Origin: Octopus vulgaris
Lineage: Eukaryota
Assembly (NCBI GenBank): GCA_951406725.2
Contig: OX597822.1
Coordinates: 38,750,001-38,814,000, forward strand
Length of the DNA stretch: 64,000 nt
Direction of reading: 5' to 3'
Shown piece after piece: positions 54,363 through 64,000 of this stretch. The notes beneath the pieces were generated by a model. It worked only from the letters and a program-made list of their open reading frames with translations, was not told the DNA's origin and ran no database searches. Position 1 is the first letter of the stretch. Each line of letters begins with the position of its first letter. The position numbers and the translations under genes were made by a program.

Positions 54363-54452
54363 GGTAGATAGACAGACAGATAGCTAGATAGATAAACAGA
54401 CAGATAACTAGATAGATAGACAGACAGATAGCTAGACAGACAGACAGACAGC

Positions 54453-54496
<44 letters not shown>

Positions 54497-54500
54497 GAGA
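54008..54500. repeat. Compound GATA/GACA/GCTA tetranucleotide array
   Basis: Directly visible. Confidence 0.95.
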
Positions 54501-56465
54501 GAGAGGGGAGGGAGAGAAAGAGAGAGAGAAATAATTACAAAGTGGAGGGAGTAAAAAGAGACAAAGTGACGTAAGACACCAGAGGGTTGTTAGAGAAAGT
54601 ATTGTAAACCTGCATTGGGGAAGCCCCTGTTGTGCTGAGTTTAAAAACTCTCTGATATGTGTATGTATGTTTGTGTGTGAGTGTGTGTTGGTATGTATTT
54701 GTGTGTGTGTAAAGAATGGAGTTCCTGAGATTCCCTTACTATGCAGTAACCATAGCAACCTGTTAGCAACAGCCATTAAGATGGCTGAGGTGGCTGTGGT
54801 GGTGGTCATGGTGTGATGTGGTTTAGCTTCAGGTCAATCTCAATTAAATAAGAGCTATGATGATCAAAGTCATTCCAACCATGATCATCCTGTCTTATAT
54901 TCAGGCACAGTATAACTTGGACTTCATTCTCCAATGCATTCTTTATGACAGTAGAAAGTAATTAATATAAAAGAAATTTGACTGATATTTCTAGCAAATT
55001 GGTAGTTTTGGTGATGGTGTTGATGGCGGTGGCGGTGTTGATGGTGGCGATGGTGTTGACGGCGGCAGTGGTGGTGGTGTTGACAGTGGCGGTAGTGGCG
55101 CTGACAGCGGTGGTGGTAGTGTTGACAGCGGTGGTGGTGGTGGTGTTGATAGCAGTGATGGTGATGTTGACAGCCGGGTGGTGGTGATGGTAATGGTAGT
55201 GTTGTTGATGGTAGTGGTGGTGGTGGTGCCGACAGCGCCGGTGGTAATGTTGACAGTCATACTGATGGAGGTATTGGTGCTGACAGTGGTGTTGATGATG
55301 CAGGTGGTGAAATTGTTGTTGTTGTTGGTGGTGGTGGTGAAAGTACAGTGTGTGTGTGTGTGTGTGTGTGTGCCAAGGTAGAACTATAGTGATAGCGGTG
55401 GGGCAGTAGTGATGGTACAATGTCTGTGCTGAGGTAGGACAGTGACTCACCTGTATTATTGATTGATTGCAAGACAAGAGGTAAATTTCACCACCACCAC
55501 TACCACCACCACCACCACTCATATCTGAACATGTGGAAGAGGTGAAGTGGGAGGGGATGCTGCATGTTGCTGATGTATGTTGACGTTATGTTATTACCAT
55601 CATCATGTTGTTGTTGTGTTATTATTGTTGCAATGTTGTAGTCATTGTGTTGTTATTGTTTTGTTGTTATTGTATTATTATCGTGTTGCAGTTGTTGTGC
55701 TGTGATTGCCATTACTCCATTGTTGTTATTACGTTGTTGTTGTTGGTGTTATTGTGGCAGTGTTGTCGTCAACGTTATGATATTGTTGATATTATTGAAG
55801 GAAAGGTCAGCGTGTTAGTGTTTGTTTTTGCTCTCACTCTGGTGTTATTGCGTTATACTGAAAAGATACATGTTTATCCTTGACTATTTACGTATGTATG
55901 TATATACTGAGTATATACACAAAATATACATTCGTGCCAACACACAAACACATTTATAGACATGCCTATATTTGTTATATTTGCATGAAAATAAACACGC
56001 ATCTAATTGCGAATATACTGTGAATGTGTGTATGTGTGTGAAAATGTATGTGTACCCAGGTTTTACCACTAGTTACTGCACTCCCCACCCTGACACTCTT
56101 CGCATTCATGTGAAGTCGCTACCCCGTATTCATGCACCTCTGGCAGTACCCTATATTTTGACTCCCCGATACTTTGAGGGTATACCCCAGCATGGGCATC
56201 CAGCTGTAAAAACCATGCCAAACCTGACCTTTGCTTGTACTGGTGCCATATCAAAAGCACTCAGTCCACATTGTGGGATGGTTGGGGTTAGGAAGGGCAC
56301 CCAGCCAGAAAAATCATGCCAAAACAGACACTGAGGCCTGGTGCAATCTGCTGGCTCCTGTCAAACCATCCAACTCATGCCAGCATGGAAAGCAGACATT
56401 AAATGATGATGATGATGATATAAACAAGTTCAAAGCCTTAATAGATTAAGGATAATTACTAATGG

Positions 56466-56882
56466 GCAGAGTTGTGCGGTTAAGAAGCTTGTTTCTCAAC
56501 CATGTGGTCTTGGGTTCTGTCCCACTGCACAGCACCTTAGATGAGTGGCTTCTATTATAACCCTGGGCCAACCAAACTCTTGTGAGTGGACTTGGTAGGC
56601 AGAAACTGAAAGAGGGCCATTGTGTATGTGTGTGTTTGCGAGTGAACCCTTGTCTGTACACCACCTGATGGTTGTAAATGAGCATCACTGTCGTACAAGA
56701 GAGGTTGTTCATTTACAGTCTTCAGTAAAAAATATGTCTGACCGTAGAGAGATATTACCTTTCTTGGAAATAGGTCAGGATTGGCAACAGGAATGACATC
56801 CAGCCATAGAAAAATCTACCTCAATGAATTCTATCTGAATTCTGTCTGCAAGCATGGAAAAGTGGATGGTAAAATGATGATT
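56466..56882 (+). mobile_element. SINE with family A head and an alternative (GAT)n-ending tail
   Basis: Family A head to ~56620, then a body and tail matching 9995-10230, 25845-26090 and 50500-50735. Confidence 0.65.
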
Positions 56883-57008
56883 ATGAGAGTGCTCATAGCC
56901 AAACATTCACACAGTGGATGTAAATGTATGCACATGAGTATGTGCAAATACATGCATATGTATATGTGGGTGAACAAATATGCGTGTGCATTTATAAGTG
57001 TATGTGTG

Positions 57009-57041
<33 letters not shown>

Positions 57042-57414
57042 CCAGTATGTACATGGTTTACATATGTACATGACATACACAGGATATGCATGTTTATGGC
57101 CAACATATATATCTGAGGTCAGGTGAAGACAGTACATACATTTATGTGTATAGAATAAATCTAGTCATATTTATAGCAGTATATATATACACAAATGCAC
57201 ATACTGTTTACAATAGCATCAACTGAAATAGTAATTATATACAAATTTGTAGTGTGAGAAAGCTATCAGAGAAAGCTCTTCTAGCAGCCTTGGTTACCAG
57301 ACCACATAGCAATCCAATACAGAGAAGTATAATGCAGAACTCTATGAGGCTGAAATCCAAGATCTGATCAATGAAATTATTTCATGAGTATATATATTCT
57401 TTTATTCCTTTCTT

Positions 57415-57772
57415 CTTTTACTTGTTTCCGTCATCTGACTGCAGCCATGCTGGAGCACCGCCTTTAGTCAAACAAATCAACCCCAGGACTTATTCTTTGT
57501 AAGCCTAATACTTATTCTATCAGTCTCTTTTGCTGAACTGCTAGCTTACAAGGACGTGAACACAACAACATTGGTTGTCAAGTGATGGTGGGGGTACAAA
57601 CACACACACACACACACATACAATGAGCTTCTTTCAGTTTCTGTCTGCCAAATCTACTCACAAGGCTTTGGTCAGCCCAAGGCTATAGTAGAAGACACTT
57701 GCCCAAGATGCCATGCAGTAGAACTGAACCCAGAGCCATGTGGTTCATAAGCAAACTACTTACCACACAGCC
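57415..57772 (-). mobile_element. tRNA-derived SINE, family A
   Basis: Near full-length family A copy. Confidence 0.85.
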
Positions 57773-57780
57773 AAAAAATT

Positions 57781-57811
<31 letters not shown>

Positions 57812-57842
57812 GCACATATACATACATATATTGATAGCGTAG

Positions 57843-57878
<36 letters not shown>

Positions 57879-58299
57879 CACACAAGAGAAGGTGCATGGT
57901 TCAGTGGTTAGAGCTTTGGGCTTACAATTGTGAGTTGTAAGTTTGATTCCCAGACTGGGCTGTGTTATGTCCTTGAGCAAGACACTTTATTTCACATTGC
58001 TCCAGTTCACTCTGCTGTAGAAATGAGTTGTGATATCACTGGTGTCAAGCAGTATCAGCCTTTGCCTTTCCCTTGGACAACATCAGTGGCATGGAGAGAG
58101 GAGGTTGATATGCATGGGTTACTGCTGGTCATCCGCAAACAACCTCGCTTGGAGTCATGCTTCGGAGGGAAACTTTCTAGGTGTACTTCCATGGTCATTC
58201 ATGACTGATGAGGTTCTCCCTCAGTATACACACACACACAAACATTAAGAATCTCAACTTAGTGTATGATTTGACAAGATGGAGGAGGAGACAAAGATG

Positions 58300-59715
58300 T
58301 ATAGCTTAGAAGAGAACTGGAAGTTCCTTCAGAACAACCTAATGAGAATGATGAAGCAATTCTAAGGATGATGAGGCATAAAAGTGAAGAGACAGGCATG
58401 GAAGGATTGGGTGTAGCAAAGAATTACACCAGGTAGCTAGAAGGGAAACAGGCCACATACGTAATGAGCAAGGGGAGAAGCAGAAAAGAAGGGGTTAGCC
58501 AATATTCTACAGCATGAAGATCAGAGGCATGAGGTATTCTGGATTGCAAGGAAGTGTATCAGAGGAAACTGAGATTGGGTGATGAATATGTGTAGATGGA
58601 TAATGGTTCAGTTACACTTAGAGATTCTGGAAAGAATCTCTATGAAAGATGACTATGAAAGACTACTAAACATGGAGAATGCATGGGATAAAGAAGGTCT
58701 TTCTAACATGGACCCAACAGAGAGACTGGCTATTCTAGTTGACTGCAGCATGCCAAAGGAATTAAGGAAAGCCCCTGGTCCATCAGGAATCACTGCTGAG
58801 ATGCTTAAAATATCTGGCAGAGTAGGGTACTGCCTAGTCGCCTGTATAGTTAATCAGGAAGGGGTCATATCCAATGATGGGTGTAGCAGCATTACAGTTA
58901 ACTTTTTACAAGGATAATGGAGATGCTTTAGATAGAAATAATTACAACAGAGGTATCAAATTGCTGAACCAGATCATGAAAGTTACGGAAAGAGTGAAAG
59001 CCCAATTAATTAGGAAGAGAATTAGGTTAGAATGCAGTTTTGTTTTGTGCTAGAGAGAAGTATTTTTAGCAAGACAACTGCAAGAGGAACATTTAGCTAA
59101 AGTAAGCCATTGTACTTGGCATTTGTCAACTGAGAGAAAACTTAGCAGGGTCCCTCACTCCATTATATGGTAATCCCTGAAGAAGCTAGGAGTAGATTAA
59201 TAGCTTGTGAGAGCCATACAAGCAATGTACAAGTGATCTGTCAGTAAGGTGAGGGTTAGCAATGAATTTAGTGTGCTTGTAGGAGTTCACTAGGGCTCAG
59301 TTCACAGTCCCCTCCTATACATCAGGCCATAACAGAGGAATTTAAGATTAGTTAGCCTTAGAAACTACTATATGTTAATGATTGTATGATGCTTGTGTAT
59401 GATCAACAATACTACATAGTAATGAGACATGGGCCCAGAATGCAGAGGTCATGTGAAGACTAGAAATGAATGAAGGTAGTATGTTCCACTAGATGTGCAA
59501 CATCAGTGTGCATCTACTCAGATGGAGTATGCAAGAGAGAAGACTGCACTGGTATGGTCATGTGATGCATATGGACGAGAACGACTGTATAAAGAAGTGT
59601 TGATTGCTAAAAGTGGATGGAACTTGCAAGGGTGGAAGATCCAGGAGAACATGGGATGATGTACTGAAAGCTGATCTCAAGATGTTGAACCTCACAGAGA
59701 TGATAAAGAACAAAA
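58300..59715 (+). mobile_element. Degenerate RTE-clade LINE (reverse transcriptase relic)
   Basis: Fragments KAPGPSGITAEMLK, RGIKLLN, PLYLAFVN, VGVH*GSVHSPLLY, LLYVND (YADD position), RRLHWYGHVMHM and GRSRRTWDDVLKADLK, with many stops and frameshifts. Confidence 0.88.
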
Positions 59716-60958
59716 ATTGCTTAGCTTAAGAAGACCTAGTGGTCTTGATGAAAGTGAAGTCCTAGGTTTATGCCTATACACTCATCAGGCCCTGCCCCTG
59801 TACCCAATCTGTCCCTGTGAATCTTTCCCCACATCTCATCTTCCTATCACCCATCTTTCCACTCACCTAACTATAATACTGTTCAGCTGCAATAATCATA
59901 TGAGAGCAGAGAATGCACAGATTTCATCTAACTCTGCACTTTTGTCCCTCACTCATTACAGCCACCCCTACATATCTCTGGATCCATCTCTGTTACTGCA
60001 TATCTTACTCTCTCTCAAACACACACACATCATCCCCATATTTTCTGATCTACCTACAAAATTATTATCCTGTTGTTCTCCTCCCTTCCTCACTGCCACT
60101 TATCACCTCCTCCTTCCTGAACCATTGCCAGTCTTTCTTGTTCTCCCTACCATACTGACATTTACCCCTTATCAAACCATCATCATTGTCTTCTTTCCAG
60201 CTATGCCCACCCACCCTTATATATATTGCAGAGTAACCATGTATCTCCCCTACAGCAAGATACCTGTACCTGTCCCTCTATCATACTCTAGCCTTTCAAA
60301 ACCTTGCGTAAAGCCATATCTCTCTCAACTTGACCCTATTCAGTCAAGAGGTATCTTTCCTTGTCTTTCAAGTTACTTGGCAAGCTCACTAGTGACAGAG
60401 TCACAAAAAAAGAGCCTGGTACACTCTGAAAAATGGTTGGCATTAGGAAGGGCATCTGGCCATTGAGGCTATGCTGAAACAAACATTGGAGTTTGATGTA
60501 GTGCTCCAGCTCATTGGACCTTGTCAAACCATTGGACTCATTCCAGCATGGAAAACAGATGTTAAGTGATGATGCATGTATCAAAGTATTAATAAAAGTG
60601 TTTAATAAAAATATGATGCATATTCAACAACATATGTGTTCGTAAATAAGTGTACAGATTACAGATTTGAAGGGTCCAACCCATGCCAGTATGGAAAAAC
60701 GGATGTTAAACGATGATGATGATGAGTCAATGGAATCATTGAGCTCCTGCAGTATCATATATATGGGTATATGGTGTTTCTTTGTAGTGGTTTAATTAAC
60801 AATGTTAGTGTTTAATCCTTCCTAGAATTAAGATTGAATGAATGTAGTGATATCAAAGGTATGTTTGTTCCCAACAACACTTATTTGATGATGGAACTAT
60901 GTTGGATTGTTGGTATGGCTGTTATTGTATGTGTGGAATAGTTTTATAACACACCTAT

Positions 60959-60999
<41 letters not shown>

Positions 61000-61460
61000 T
61001 CATCATCATCGTTTAACATCCGTTTTCCATATTGGCATAGGTCTGACGGTTTGACTGGGGACTGGCAAGCCAATAGGCTGCATCAGGCTCCAATCTGATC
61101 TGGCAAAGTTTCCACAGCTGGATTCCCTTCCTTACGTCAACCACTCCAAGAGTGTAGTGGGCCCTTTTTACATGCCACCAGCACAGGAGCCAGTTGGGAA
61201 GGGGGGGGGGGTACTGGCATCGATCATGTTCGGATGGTACTTTTTATGTGCCACCAGCACGGGGATTCAGTCAGGCAGCACTGGCATCGACCCATGCTTG
61301 ACTGGTGCTCATTACGTGCCACCAGTATGGGTGCCAGTCAGGGTGCACTGGCATTGGCCACAACTACAATTTCGGTTTTGATTTCGATCTTGATTTGCTT
61401 TTAATTTTGGATTTTGATATATATTATATATATACATATATATGTATATATATATATATA

Positions 61461-61623
61461 GGTGCAGGAGTGGCTGTGTGGTAAGTAGCTTGCTTACCAA
61501 CCACACGGTTTCGGGTTCAGTCCTACTGCGTGGCACCTTGGGCAAATGTCTTCTATTATAGCCTCGGGCTGATCAAAGCCTTGTGAGTGGATTTGGTAGA
61601 TGGAAACTGAAAGAAGCCCATCA

Positions 61624-61658
<35 letters not shown>

Positions 61659-61863
61659 ATATGTTTGTGTGTCTGTGTTTGTCCTCCTGCCAACATCGCT
61701 TAACAACCAAAGCTAGTGTGTTTACGTCCCCGTAACTTAGTGGTTTAGCAAAAGAGACCAATAGGCTTACAAAGTATAAGTCCTGGGGTAGATTTGCTCG
61801 ATTAAAGGCGGTGCTCCAGCATGGCCACAGTCAAATGACTGAAACAAGTAAAAGAGTAAAGAG
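61461..61863 (+). mobile_element. tRNA-derived SINE, family A (full length)
   Basis: Runs from GGTGCAGGAGTGGCTGTGTGGTAAG to ...GAAACAAGTAAAAGAGTAAAGAG, inserted in (TA)n. Confidence 0.9.
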
Positions 61864-63157
61864 TATATATATATATACATATATATATACACACATATAT
61901 ACATATGCATGCACATTTGAATTTACAGATGGAACAGGAGGACACAAGCTAAATACATAGTGTCCATGCATTGCTACAGTGAAATGTAAATGTAAATGTG
62001 GAATAGTTGTAGAGAGTAGCATCAGCTTTTCATTTTACACACACGGTAAACAGCACCATGGCCATGTGTTAGAAAAAGTTCACTTAACATCTAGATGGCT
62101 CCTGTTTCAATATCACGGCACTGGTACCCTGGCCAAATGTCTCCAACTATAACCCCAGGTTGTGAGTCACCACCAGGGAGTTTACAATCCTCTTTCATTC
62201 ATCGCAACTTTCATAATTAACTACATTGCAGTGGCTACGTGATCATCTCTGGATGTCAATGGCACGTGAATCCCTAGGTGGACTTTGAACTCAATGCAAA
62301 AAGCCAGTAAAATATCACAAAGGTACTTCCCTAAGGCTCCTTCTTTATGTTCATTATTTATTGACCTCAGAAGGATGAAAGGCAAAAACTAAAACCTTGG
62401 TGAGATTTGAACCCAGAAAACTAAAACAAATACAGCAAGCCAGTCTATCCAATGCACTGATAACTGGCCTAATCATCATCATCATTTAACATCCGCTTTC
62501 CATGCGAGCATGGGTTGGACGGTTCAACTGGGGTCTGGGAAGTCCAAAGGCTGCACCAGGCCAGTCAGATCTGGCAGTGTTTCTACAGCTGGATACCCTT
62601 CCTAACACCAACCACTCCGTGAGTGTAGTGGGTACTTTTTATGTGCCACCGACACAGGTGCCAGACGAGGCTGGCGAACAGCCACGCCAAAATTAGGGTT
62701 AGGGTTAAGATTGTCAAAATATCAAGAATGGAATTTAAGAAATGGAGAATTGTGACATGAGAATGCTTACTGACTAAAAAAAAAAACTGGTGCTTTTAAT
62801 TTTTATGTCTTATTTTTATGTAAGCTAGCAGGTCAGCAAACAGACATTGATAAAATACATAGAAGGAGGGAAAATATGTTTCGCAGTTGATGTGATTGAT
62901 TAAACAGTTGAAGGCAGTGATCCAGTATGGCAAAAGTCCGATGACGGGAATCAAAAAAGTACAAGTGTGTGTGTGTGTGTGTGTGTGTGCATGTGTAGAT
63001 GTTTGTTACTGCTGTTGCTTTTTCATTCTCAGTGTTGTATGTATGTATGTATTATTCATGTTGGTGCTGTTTGTCATCCTTGATTTGATATGTAGCTGCT
63101 GCTTATTGTTGTGTGAGTGTGTACATATACATACATACATGTGTGTGTGTGTGTGTG

Positions 63158-63217
<60 letters not shown>

Positions 63218-63293
63218 TGTGTGCGTGTATATATATACATGTATACACACACATATACAACATATATATATACACAAAAAACACATATACACT

Positions 63294-63330
<37 letters not shown>

Positions 63331-63712
63331 TGCCGAAGCAGTTTGTCATTGTTATGTATAGTGAAAAATCACAAAGAACTGAGTAACTCTGGTGTAAAAA
63401 AAAAAAAAAAAAAACAGAAGTGAGAAAGTGAGGAGAGAGAGGTGGGCGACTAACTAACAGGCCAAAACTACCAGTATGATCATCACCACCACCACCACCA
63501 CCACAACAACCATCATCATCATCATCATCATCACCATAACATCCCCACCACAGCCACCACTACCGGCAGCAGTGGTGGCAGGTACAAGGATGGTATGTTT
63601 GGATGAAGGAAGTGGAAGATGGAGGAGAGACTGAGTCATAAGTGTGAAGTGGAAGCAAGGGACTACACAAGCACTGCGGCTCTCTTAAACACACAAAATG
63701 TACGTATGTGCG

Positions 63713-63762
<50 letters not shown>

Positions 63763-64000
63763 AGGCTTGCTTACTTTATCACCCACCACTCACAGCTACA
63801 TCTACATCACCAAACTATTCTTCCCATTCATCAATATATATATAACTGCAGCAACAGCAACGGCAGCAGCAACAACAACGACAACGACAACAGAAGTAAC
63901 ATCTTCAACAAACAACAACAACAAACAAGAACAGTTAGTGTTGTTATTGTAGATGTTGCTATTGCAGTTAATGTTGTTCTTGCTCATGTCATTGGAATGA

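Noticed and set aside
59717-60466. 249-aa ORF
   Set aside because: Pyrimidine-rich low-complexity sequence running into a family D retroposon, with a TTG start and no recognisable domain.
62693-62706. Two TTAGGG units (telomere-like)
   Set aside because: Too short to indicate an interstitial telomere.

Overview
Repeat-dense, AT-rich eukaryotic intergenic or intronic DNA. The SINE families and the 5S sequence point to an octopus (cephalopod) genome, which is my inference. No complete protein-coding gene is visible, and almost all listed ORFs are microsatellite or SINE read-throughs. The window holds dozens of tRNA-derived SINEs of at least four modular families, a decayed DD34D mariner, several Tc1/mariner, hAT and piggyBac-like MITEs, a solo LTR, RTE and R4/Dong-like LINE relics, a ~2.87 kb tandem duplication and two candidate isolated exons. 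Three observations stand out. (1) A full-length 5S rRNA lacks a terminator and is fused to a tRNA-derived SINE head, a shared stem-loop tail and poly(A), making a candidate 5S+tRNA composite SINE (39477-39835). (2) Several short elements carry minimal Penelope-type hammerhead ribozyme motifs, one family of them under a tRNA/Pol III head. They sit in or near (TA)n tracts and leave palindromic foldbacks. (3) A perfect DR2 nuclear-receptor site cluster lies at ~18.7 kb. Coordinates of degraded repeats are approximate.
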